From an uncultured virus (IMG/VR IMGVR_UViG_3300042349_000638) (taxonomy: Duplodnaviria > Heunggongvirae > Uroviricota > Caudoviricetes): a stretch of DNA of 64,000 nucleotides. Numbering within the stretch: the first letter of the stretch is position 1; each line of letters opens with the position of its first letter. Location of the stretch: IMG/VR virus record IMGVR_UViG_3300042349_000638; one strand, given 5' to 3'. The position numbers and the translations under genes are program-made. The notes under the pieces are model-generated. The model did not search any database and was not told the DNA's origin. It saw only the letters and a program-made list of their open reading frames with translations. Positions 55,793-64,000 of this stretch are shown here, piece by piece.

Positions 55793-58700
55793 TTATATGA
55801 TAGTTACAAAGACGTATGGTTGCCTATAAACAATGTATGTACCAACTCCAACTCCATTTATTTCAATTAATCCACCACCAATCTCAGTTGTAGGAGTATA
55901 AGATTCTCGTCCATTACCAACGATTGCAATTGTACCAGTTGCTTTATAGTTTGGTCTAAACTTATCAATAGCAGTTTCATTAATTGAAACTATTCCAGAT
56001 CCAGTTATATTTGGAACATAGACTTGTATGTTCTGAGTTATTCCTCCAGAGAATAAAATAGATCCAGACCCAATTTCTCTAAAGGTATTCTTCTCTACCT
56101 TAGATCCAGAGAACTCAAAGAGAACTGTATTTTCTGGTGGATTTGCACCAAAGACCTCGGCAGATCCTCCAATTGCAGAGAATGATCCAGAACCAATTTC
56201 TGTAGCTGGAGTAAAGGATTGTGTAGAAGATCCAGAGAATGTGGCTGATCCAGATCCACTATAAATGAATACTGGTCTATTAAGAGAATCTCCGTTGACC
56301 TGGACAGATCCAGATCCAATTTCCCTAAAGGTACTCTTCTCTACCTTAGTACCAGAAACCTCAAAGAGAACTGTATTTTCTGGTGGATTTGCACCTATGG
56401 ATTCTACAGAACCAACAATTGCAGAGAATGATCCAGAACCAAGTTCTCTAAAGGTATTCTTCTCTACCTTAGTACCAGATACTTGGAATAGAACTGTAGA
56501 ATCTGGAGGATTGATCAGTGTAGATTCTGCTGCTCCAGTAATTGCAGAAAGTGTTCCAGATCCTTTATATGAAGGTAATGATTTTTGGATTGCATTACCT
56601 GTTACTGATAATGTGCCAGTTCCTTGATGAGCATAAGTTGCCTTCAGATTACTATAAGATCCACTAATTTCAAAGAGAACTGTAGAATCTGGTGGATTGA
56701 CTAAGGTAGACTCTGCAGATCCAGAGAACGCAGAGAATGATCCAGAACCAATTTCTGTTGTAGGAATGAACGATTGTGGAGCAGATCCAGAGAATGTGGC
56801 CGATCCCTCTCCAACATGTATCGCTAGTGCTTCAAGAGCAATTATTGCCTCTCCAGAGAACTCAGCGGATCCAGAACCAATTTCGCTAAATGTATTCTTC
56901 TCTACCTTAGATCCAGAGAACTCAAAGAGAACTGTGGAATCTGGAGGATTAACACCTGTTGCTTCCGCTGATCCAGAGAACGCAGAGAATGATCCAGAAC
57001 CAATTTCTGCTGTAGGAATAAATGCCTGAGGAGCAGATCCAGAGAATGTGGATGATCCTCTGCCAGCAAATCCAGGATTCTTTCTTGCCGTTCCTTCTCC
57101 AGAGAACTCAGCAGATCCAGAACCAATTTCGCTAAATGTATTCTTCTCTACCTTAGATCCAGAGAACTCAAAGAGAACTGTGGAATCTGGAGGATTAACA
57201 CCTGTTGCTTCCGCTGATCCTCCAATTGTAGAGAATGATCCAGAACCAATTTCTGTAGCTGGAGTAAAGGATTGTGTAGAAGATCCAGAGAATGTGGATG
57301 ATCCAGATCCAATTTCAACAAATCTATTCTGAAGATTTGTAGCACTTCCAGAAATTGTAACAAATCCAGTACCAATTTCTCTAAAGGTATTCTTCTCTAC
57401 CTTAGTACCAGAAACATTAAAGAGAAGTGTAGAGTCTGGTGGATTAACCAGTGCAGATTCTGCTGCACCTGTAATTGCAGAGAGAGTACCAGAACCAAGT
57501 TCTCTAAAGGAATTCTTCTCTACCTTAGTACCAGAGAACTCAGCGGATCCAGAACCAACCCATTCTGGAGTACTCAGAATAATTGTAGTACCACTAAATG
57601 TAGCAGATCCAGAACCAATTTCTCTAAAGGTATTCTTTTCTACCTTAGTACCAGAAACATTAAAGAGAACTGTAGAATCTGGTGGATTGACACCTATTGC
57701 TTCCGCTGATCCAGAGAACGCAGAGAATGATCCAGAACCAATTTCTGTAGCTGGAGTAAAGGATTGTGGAGCAGATCCAGAGAATGTGACTGATCCAGAT
57801 CCAGTTATGTATGGAACATATACTTGAACATCCTGAGTAATAGATCCAGATACCTGGATAGTTCCATAAGGATATGTTGTCTCATTAAATGGAGAGCTTA
57901 AAGTTCCATAATCTTCATAACCGACTTGATCACTGAGTAATCCATAATCATCGTAATCTTGTACAACGCTTATAATGCCATGATCATCATATCCATCAAA
58001 TATAAATATCGCTCTCTCATTATAAGAATAAGTGTTCTTCTCTACCTTAGTACCAGAGAACTCAAAGAGAACTGTAGAATCTGGTGGATTGACTAATCTA
58101 GATTCTGCTGATCCACTAATTGCAGAGAAAGATCCAGATCCAATTTCAGTAGATGGTATGAATGATTGTGAAGCAGATCCAGAGAAGGTAAGGACAACTG
58201 TAGAATCTGGTGGGTTGACTCCTGTTTCTTCAGCAGCACCTGTGATTGCAGAGAAAGATCCAGAACCAATTTCCCTTAAGGAACTCTTCTCTACCTTAGT
58301 TCCAGAGAAGGTAAGGACAACTGTAGAATCTGGAGGATTGACGCCAACAACCTCAGCAGCACCTGTAATTGCAGAGAATAATCCAGATCCAAGTTCCCTA
58401 AAGGTATTTTTCTCTACCTTAGTTCCAGAGAAATCTCCAGATCCCTCTGCTTTATGAACATAAAGTAATTTTGGTTCATATAATGCAGATCCAGATATTT
58501 CAACAGTACCAAAAGGATATGCATCTGCAGTATTAAAAATATAACGATAATCTTCAACTCCTGTTGTCAATTCAGAATCAATAATAAATCCATAATCAAC
58601 AAATACTGTCGCAGTAGATCCTATACTTCCATAGTCATCTGGAGTTTGTGCAAGTATTATTGATCTCTCATTATAAGAATAGGTATTCTTCTCTACTTTA

Positions 58701-60580
58701 GTACCAGAGAACTCAAAGAGAACTGTAGAATCTGGAGGATTGACGCCAGCAACCTCAGCAGCACCTGTGATTGCAGAGAATGATCCAGATCCAAGTTCTC
58801 TAAAGGTATTTTTCTCTACCTTAGTTCCAGAGAATATAGCAAGACCTGAAGTTGGAGGATTGACTCCAGTTTCTTCTGCAGCACCTGTGATTGCAGAGAA
58901 AGATCCAGATCCAAGTTCTCTAAAGGTATTCTTTTCTACCTTAGTACCAGAGAATATAGCAAGACCTGAAGTTGGAGGATTGACTCCTGTTTCTTCAGCG
59001 GCACCTGTGATTGCAGAGAGAGTACCAGATCCAAGTTCTCTAAAGGTATTTTTCTCTACCTTAGTACCAGAGAACTCAGCGGAGCCCTCTGCTTTATGAA
59101 TAAATTGAGTTAAGAATTCTGTAACTGCAGATCCAGATACCTGGATAGTTCCATAAGGATATGTTGTTTCATTAAATGGAGGATTTACAGATCCATAATC
59201 CTCATAAACGACTTGATCCGTAAGTAATCCATAATCATCATAATCTTGAATAACACTTATAACACCATGATCATCGTATCCATCAAATATAAATATTGCT
59301 CTTTCATTATAAGAATAGGTATTCTTCTCTACTTTAGTACCAGAGAACTCAAAGAGAACTGTAGAATCTGGTGGGTTTGCTCCAACAACTTCAGCAGCAC
59401 CTGTAATTGCAGAGAATGATCCAGAACCAATTTCCCTAAAGGAACTCTTCTCTACCTTAGTACCAAAGATTTCAAATAGTAAATTTTGATCTGGAGGATT
59501 GACTCCAGTTTCTTCCGCTGATCCAGAGAAGGTAGAGAAAGATCCAGATCCAAGTTCTCTAAAGGTATTCTTTTCTACCTTAGTACCAGAGAATATAGCA
59601 AGACCTGAAGTTGGAGGATTGACACCAGCAACCTCAGCAGCACCTGTAATTGCAGAGAATGATCCAGAACCAATTTCCCTAAAGGTATTCTTTTCAACTT
59701 TGATTCCAGAAAACTCAGCAGATCCAGAACCTACATGGATAAATTGAGTTAAGAATTCTGTAACTGCAGATCCAGATACCTGGATAGTTCCATAAGGATA
59801 GGTTGTCTCATTAAATGGAGAGCTTAAAGTTCCATAGTCTTCATAAACAACTTGATCAGTAAGTAAACCATAATCATCATAATCTTGTACAACGTTTATG
59901 AAACCATAATCATCGTATCCATCGAAGACAAATATCGCTCTCTCATTATAAGAATAAGTGTTCTTCTCTACTTTAGTACCAGAGAACTCAAAGAGAACTG
60001 TAGAATCTGGTGGGTTTGCTCCAACAACTTCTGCAGATCCAGAGAACGCAGAGAATGATCCAGATCCAATTTCCCTAAAGGAACTCTTCTCTACCTTAGT
60101 ACCAGAAAAATCTCCAGATCCCTCTGCTTTATGAATATAAAGTAATTTTGGTTCATATAATGCAGATCCAGAGAACTCAATAGTTCCGTAAGGATATGCA
60201 TCTCCAGTATAGTAAATATAACGATAGTCTAAAGCTTCAGTCTGATTATCTGCAATAGATCCATAATCAATAAAGGATGTTACAGTAGATCCTATGCTTC
60301 CATAGTCATCTGGCGACTGTGAAAGAATTATAGATCTTTCATTATAAGAATATGTCCGTTCTTCTAACGCATTATCAAGATCAAATATGAATTTGCGCTG
60401 ATCTTGATAATCTAAAAGTTCTTGTTGAGGTGTAAGTATAGATCCATAATCTTCTCGTTCTGTATCGGGAGAAGATACTAGACCTAAATTTACAGATTCT
60501 GTTGAAGATTGTGTTACTAAACCCCAATCTTCTTGAATATAATATTCAGGATATGAAAACGTCTTCAGGTTAAATGTCAT
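55793..60580 (-). CDS. Large repetitive virion protein (putative fibre scaffold)
   Basis: 1595 aa built from ~20/40-aa repeats (FSGTKVEKNTFRE(I/L)GSG; SA(I/F)xG(A/S)AE...NPP) interrupted by six acidic D-Y-G clusters. The DNA repeats are near-identical, with a 120-nt period at 58800-59070. Confidence 0.75.
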   Translation of the reverse strand: MTFNLKTFSYPEYYIQEDWGLVTQSSTESVNLGLVSSPDTEREDYGSILTPQQELLDYQDQRKFIFDLDNALEERTYSYNERSIILSQSPDDYGSIGSTVTSFIDYGSIADNQTEALDYRYIYYTGDAYPYGTIEFSGSALYEPKLLYIHKAEGSGDFSGTKVEKSSFREIGSGSFSAFSGSAEVVGANPPDSTVLFEFSGTKVEKNTYSYNERAIFVFDGYDDYGFINVVQDYDDYGLLTDQVVYEDYGTLSSPFNETTYPYGTIQVSGSAVTEFLTQFIHVGSGSAEFSGIKVEKNTFREIGSGSFSAITGAAEVAGVNPPTSGLAIFSGTKVEKNTFRELGSGSFSTFSGSAEETGVNPPDQNLLFEIFGTKVEKSSFREIGSGSFSAITGAAEVVGANPPDSTVLFEFSGTKVEKNTYSYNERAIFIFDGYDDHGVISVIQDYDDYGLLTDQVVYEDYGSVNPPFNETTYPYGTIQVSGSAVTEFLTQFIHKAEGSAEFSGTKVEKNTFRELGSGTLSAITGAAEETGVNPPTSGLAIFSGTKVEKNTFRELGSGSFSAITGAAEETGVNPPTSGLAIFSGTKVEKNTFRELGSGSFSAITGAAEVAGVNPPDSTVLFEFSGTKVEKNTYSYNERSIILAQTPDDYGSIGSTATVFVDYGFIIDSELTTGVEDYRYIFNTADAYPFGTVEISGSALYEPKLLYVHKAEGSGDFSGTKVEKNTFRELGSGLFSAITGAAEVVGVNPPDSTVVLTFSGTKVEKSSLREIGSGSFSAITGAAEETGVNPPDSTVVLTFSGSASQSFIPSTEIGSGSFSAISGSAESRLVNPPDSTVLFEFSGTKVEKNTYSYNERAIFIFDGYDDHGIISVVQDYDDYGLLSDQVGYEDYGTLSSPFNETTYPYGTIQVSGSITQDVQVYVPYITGSGSVTFSGSAPQSFTPATEIGSGSFSAFSGSAEAIGVNPPDSTVLFNVSGTKVEKNTFREIGSGSATFSGTTIILSTPEWVGSGSAEFSGTKVEKNSFRELGSGTLSAITGAAESALVNPPDSTLLFNVSGTKVEKNTFREIGTGFVTISGSATNLQNRFVEIGSGSSTFSGSSTQSFTPATEIGSGSFSTIGGSAEATGVNPPDSTVLFEFSGSKVEKNTFSEIGSGSAEFSGEGTARKNPGFAGRGSSTFSGSAPQAFIPTAEIGSGSFSAFSGSAEATGVNPPDSTVLFEFSGSKVEKNTFSEIGSGSAEFSGEAIIALEALAIHVGEGSATFSGSAPQSFIPTTEIGSGSFSAFSGSAESTLVNPPDSTVLFEISGSYSNLKATYAHQGTGTLSVTGNAIQKSLPSYKGSGTLSAITGAAESTLINPPDSTVLFQVSGTKVEKNTFRELGSGSFSAIVGSVESIGANPPENTVLFEVSGTKVEKSTFREIGSGSVQVNGDSLNRPVFIYSGSGSATFSGSSTQSFTPATEIGSGSFSAIGGSAEVFGANPPENTVLFEFSGSKVEKNTFREIGSGSILFSGGITQNIQVYVPNITGSGIVSINETAIDKFRPNYKATGTIAIVGNGRESYTPTTEIGGGLIEINGVGVGTYIVYRQPYVFVTII

Positions 60581-60930
60581 CGTACTTTACCTGAAGCTAG
60601 ATATGGAGATACTATTCTTTCAAGTCCATTTTCTATTTCAAATACTGTACCAAATCCAATCCAGGTCAAAATAATCCCAAAGAAGACTATAGAATCTTCA
60701 TTGAGATCTTCTATGCGAATAAAAATTGTAGTAAAGTTGTTTTTAGATGATCCCTTTATCTTAAAAGATTCTGTTTTTCCAGTAGAACAATACGAAAAAG
60801 AATTTGGAAGAGGTTTATCTTCCTCTTCATCTTCTAAATCATTATCTTTTTTTACGGGAATACTGCCACAATCTATGATTTCTGTTGGCAAATCAACTAT
60901 ACTGCCATAATCATCGGGAAAATTTTGCAC
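60577..60930 (-). CDS. Hypothetical protein with DYG-like motifs
   Basis: DDYGSIV...IDCGSI. GTG start; its stop overlaps the start of the 1595-aa gene. Confidence 0.55.
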   Translation of the reverse strand: MQNFPDDYGSIVDLPTEIIDCGSIPVKKDNDLEDEEEDKPLPNSFSYCSTGKTESFKIKGSSKNNFTTIFIRIEDLNEDSIVFFGIILTWIGFGTVFEIENGLERIVSPYLASGKVR

Positions 60931-60946
60931 TCTCTACCCTCCATAT

Positions 60947-60982
60947 GAAAATAGGGATTGCCCCCAAGAGCAATCCCCAAAA
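60947..60982 (-). terminator. Probable intrinsic terminator
   Basis: GGGATTGC-N8-GCAATCCC hairpin with TATTTT on the minus side, ~30 nt after the 61010 stop. Confidence 0.6.
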
Positions 60983-61009
60983 ACTAATCATATAATCTAT
61001 AAGTATATA

Positions 61010-62056
61010 TCACTCAAGAGTTACGTTAAGAGTAACTTTAATTTCATCACCAGGGTTCTGAATTCTGTAAGGACCATTTGTAAATCTTTCAGCGTAGAAT
61101 ACACTATTCAGAAGAGTTGCAGTTCCAGTACCATGAATAGCAGGAGTTGTAAAGAACTCTCTAAGTCCATTTACGCTATGAACAGTATAGGTAGATGAAG
61201 TAATACCCCAGTTTGCGCCAGTGGTTGTTCCTGACTGATTACCTTGAATAAAGATTACATCTCCTGCAGCCAATCCATGGTTTACAGATGTGCTGACCTT
61301 TGAGAAGTTAAATCTAACAGTTGATCCAGTAGCAACCTGAATGTTAGCAAGTAGAGGACTATCAAGATAAACATATCCAGTCGCTCTGTCGACTCCAACA
61401 ACCTGTGCGGTAGTAGCAATACCTACAGTGTTACCAGTAATTGCAAGGTGAGTCATTGCCATTCCGACAGTAACTTCATCAACACCACCACTATTGATTT
61501 GAACGTAACGGTTTCCAATAACTCCAGTTACATCAGTTTTAGTAATAGCTGTTCCAGTACCAACAGTTGCGGCATCTTGAACACCAAGTAGAGTAACAGG
61601 CATATTATTTGCTCTTGCAAGATAATATCCGTAGATGTAATCTGCGTTTGTATTCAGAGCAACGTCACCACTAAAGGTAAATGTTTGCTCTGGATATGTT
61701 GCAGTCACTGTAGTTCCACCAGTACCAGTTCTTCTAAGAACCCAGCGTGATCCATTTAATAGGATACCATAATTTGATGTATAAGACTGATCACTTCTAT
61801 TGTTTATGCAACTTGGATATCCAGTTACAGGTGCGGTTCCATAACCACATGAAGCAGCAGCTGCACCACCAGCATATGGTTCATAATATTTGGTTCTGCT
61901 TGGTTCATCACCATCAGCAGGTGTAGTATTACTAGAATATAGTTTAAGAATTAAATTTCTTGGAGAAGTCTCAGAAAGGGTTGGCACATGATTATTTGCG
62001 CCAATCAGATATCTAAGTGATTCTACTTCACCAATAGCTGGTACTAACAGTGCCAT
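61010..62056 (-). CDS. Virion structural protein
   Basis: MALLVP-x-x-GE...LILKLY-x-x-N-x-TP...TYPEQTFTF...YAERF-x-x-GPY...GDEIKVTLNVTLE. Late promoter at 62097-62103. Confidence 0.65.
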   Translation of the reverse strand: MALLVPAIGEVESLRYLIGANNHVPTLSETSPRNLILKLYSSNTTPADGDEPSRTKYYEPYAGGAAAASCGYGTAPVTGYPSCINNRSDQSYTSNYGILLNGSRWVLRRTGTGGTTVTATYPEQTFTFSGDVALNTNADYIYGYYLARANNMPVTLLGVQDAATVGTGTAITKTDVTGVIGNRYVQINSGGVDEVTVGMAMTHLAITGNTVGIATTAQVVGVDRATGYVYLDSPLLANIQVATGSTVRFNFSKVSTSVNHGLAAGDVIFIQGNQSGTTTGANWGITSSTYTVHSVNGLREFFTTPAIHGTGTATLLNSVFYAERFTNGPYRIQNPGDEIKVTLNVTLE

Positions 62057-62102
62057 CTAAAAATCTCCCTCGTTGGCTTTCGTGTTTAACTAAAGTTATT
62101 TA

Positions 62103-62807
62103 TCATAATTTCAATTTAAAGGATATTAGGAATTGCGTAATATCCACAGAATAATTTACCACAAATTTTATAATATCCCCAGATAATATTGTAGTATTCC
62201 ATCCAGTTAACGTATCATCAAATCCCTTATTTGTATTAGATATTGTAGGATAATTGCCAGAAACAATCGACGTAAAGGTAGGATAACTGGAATAATTTGA
62301 TTTTTGAATATCAAGTTGAAGATTTCCAGGAGTTTCTGCAAATATCTTCCAAGAATCAATTATACCATTCACATCAACTGTTAATAATCCTTTTTCACCT
62401 GGCGTCATATTTTGATTTCCGCTATCAACAATAAAATTGACAGTTCTAGTCAGATCAGCAGTTGTTACTAAAGCAATTACAAATATATCATCCGTTACAA
62501 GTGGAGGATTTGTAAAAATGATAGAACTTCCAGAAACAACAAAATCTTCTGAAGGTTCTAAGAAATAATTATTTTTCCCAACTAATAGTTGCTGATCATT
62601 GATTGGAGTATATGGTGTTCCATCATCATATAAAGAAAATGTCCTACCAATGCCATTAAATCCTGAAGAAATATCGTCAAGAATAATATTATTATACTGT
62701 ATTGATTTTGACGGAACTTCAAAGTTAACATCAACTCCATATTTTGGAGGAGTTGATACCGTAACTCTTTTCCTATTATGAGAAATGGTTACATCGTATT
62801 TTGTCAT
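62103..62807 (-). CDS. Putative virion structural protein
   Basis: LDDISSGFNG...F-x-L module plus a C-terminal beta domain. In a late-promoter operon. Confidence 0.55.
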   Translation of the reverse strand: MTKYDVTISHNRKRVTVSTPPKYGVDVNFEVPSKSIQYNNIILDDISSGFNGIGRTFSLYDDGTPYTPINDQQLLVGKNNYFLEPSEDFVVSGSSIIFTNPPLVTDDIFVIALVTTADLTRTVNFIVDSGNQNMTPGEKGLLTVDVNGIIDSWKIFAETPGNLQLDIQKSNYSSYPTFTSIVSGNYPTISNTNKGFDDTLTGWNTTILSGDIIKFVVNYSVDITQFLISFKLKL

Positions 62808-63139
62808 AGAGTAACTCCTGGATTAACTAAGATATTACCCTGTATTACTCTAGTTTTAAATCCAGTACCAGATGTCAATAAAACGTCATACATATGCCTA
62901 CCTTCTTTTAAGGTCTCAGTCACAGAACTTGCCATTGATACTGTAATTTCACCAGCAATTCTATCCACAAAAGTAACATCAAATGGATAGGAAGTTGTTG
63001 ATCTTGGATGTTTTTTTAAAAAACATTCAGCAGTATAATCAGTCAAGTTTAAAGGAGTACCATCATCATTTCTGATGGTAAAATCAACGTCAAAGTCTGA
63101 ACCTTGCTCAAGCACTAGATTTATATTAATTGCAGACAT
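62804..63139 (-). CDS. Putative virion structural protein (Ig-like/BppU-like)
   Basis: NLVLEQGSDF...PLNLTDYT...EGRHMYDVLLT...RVIQG-x-x-x-VNPGVT. Confidence 0.6.
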   Translation of the reverse strand: MSAININLVLEQGSDFDVDFTIRNDDGTPLNLTDYTAECFLKKHPRSTTSYPFDVTFVDRIAGEITVSMASSVTETLKEGRHMYDVLLTSGTGFKTRVIQGNILVNPGVTL

Positions 63140-63171
63140 TAACCTTTTTTACTATTCTTATATCTTATTTA

Positions 63172-63543
63172 TTAAGTAGCATTGTTCCTTCTGCTGCCAT
63201 AAGAATACAAATTTTTTGGTTTTTCTGGTTCCATCCATTCTAATATTTTTTGATATCTACCTAGATCAAAAAAATACTGAGAGTTGTACCATACTTCCCA
63301 TGAAGTGTGTCCTTTGTCATGGTTGCAAGTTCGGCAACAACAGACAACATTTTTAGTTTCATCTGGACCTCCTTTTGATTGAGGAACAACATGGTCCAGA
63401 GTTAAATTTTCAGTGGAACCACAATATGCACATTCGTGATTCCACCTTTCTTTTATACTTCGCCTCCACATTCGTTTTGCTTCTGATGAACTTGTAGTTT
63501 GAAGATTGTACAAGTACTGTCTCGGAGAAGCGAAGAGTTCCAT
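63172..63543 (-). CDS. HNH endonuclease (McrA-like)
   Basis: CAYCG...LTLDHVVPQSKGG...NVVCCCRTCNHDKG. Confidence 0.9.
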   Translation of the reverse strand: MELFASPRQYLYNLQTTSSSEAKRMWRRSIKERWNHECAYCGSTENLTLDHVVPQSKGGPDETKNVVCCCRTCNHDKGHTSWEVWYNSQYFFDLGRYQKILEWMEPEKPKNLYSYGSRRNNAT

Positions 63544-63577
63544 AAGATCTTGCGTCTTATGAGTATTTATTTACTTT

Positions 63578-63859
63578 TCAAAATAAAAGAGGTTCCGATT
63601 GTCCTTCGGGTAACCATACTTGCTGCTGAAGATCTATGGGTGGAAGTTCTTCTTTTGCAGAAGGTAAACCTTGCTGTCCTGGAAGTTGCTTATCTGTGGT
63701 TGATGTTACAGTGATCACTTGATCCATAATGAATTTTTGTTTTCTATAAGATCTTTTATCTGGATCAAATTCAAACATCATTCTAGCATCCATTTCTTCA
63801 CCACAGTGAGCAATCACTCTACCTGTAGTTTTTTCTATTACTACCCAATAATCATACAT
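63578..63859 (-). CDS. Hypothetical protein
   Basis: Probable start MYDYWVV at 63859, overlapping the end of the upstream ORF. Confidence 0.6.
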   Translation of the reverse strand: MYDYWVVIEKTTGRVIAHCGEEMDARMMFEFDPDKRSYRKQKFIMDQVITVTSTTDKQLPGQQGLPSAKEELPPIDLQQQVWLPEGQSEPLLF

Positions 63860-64000
63860 GATGCTGTTTAAGTTCTGGATTTGGTTGAGAAGGAACAACA
63901 GGATTCCTCGATTTGTTTTTAATTACAATAAAAGCATCATTTTGATAGGACACCGTTCCAAATGGTTTTGCCCACTTAGGATTTGCATCTGGGTTTGTAG
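63852..64000 (-). CDS. Hypothetical protein, 3' end only
   Basis: Open frame ...TNPDANPKWAKPFGTVSYQNDAFIVIKNKSRNPVVPSQPNPELKQHHV-stop entering from the window edge. Confidence 0.5.
   Translation of the reverse strand, partial: TNPDANPKWAKPFGTVSYQNDAFIVIKNKSRNPVVPSQPNPELKQHHV

Noticed and set aside
56095..59747. Multiple overlapping ORFs within the repeat gene
   Set aside because: They are shadow frames caused by repetitive, codon-biased sequence. The same applies to most short antisense ORFs across the window.
55793..60580. CRISPR-like array
   Set aside because: The repeats are in-frame coding units varying at synonymous sites, with no unique spacers of constant length.

Overview
This is an AT-rich, densely coding segment of a T4-like cyanophage (Kyanoviridae-type myovirus), mostly on the minus strand. 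Layout: 1-20.1 kb holds tail-fibre and giant virion-protein genes plus an alpha/beta-hydrolase. 20.1-21.2 kb is a small host-promoter-driven island with tRNA-Leu(TAG), tRNA-Thr(TGT) and a candidate ~65-nt sRNA. 21.2-38.6 kb is the baseplate/tail module (gp5-like, cp12, hub, two tape-measure-like genes, gp51/gp26, tube-like, gp4, gp2, gp48, gp53). 38.7-46.8 kb holds replication, transcription and auxiliary metabolic genes (gp32, gp59, gp33, exonuclease, phoH, thyX, speD, glutaredoxin) and an NtcA box + tandem glutamine riboswitch + DUF4278-like unit. 46.8-63.1 kb is a second fibre cluster, followed by an HNH gene. Main candidates for novelty: (i) an apparent plug-and-socket receptor-binding system, in which a repetitive 1595-aa protein with six triplets of D-Y-G motifs lies next to three Mtd_N-domain proteins, and paired terminal motifs may hang an esterase, a Gly-rich adhesin and two giant proteins on fibres; (ii) a lambda G/GT-style -1 slippery site joining gp26 to gp51; (iii) extreme Trp/Tyr and Arg/Trp segments in a virion protein; (iv) an orphan promoter-terminator sRNA. 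All calls come from reading motifs and synteny by eye; no database searches were run.
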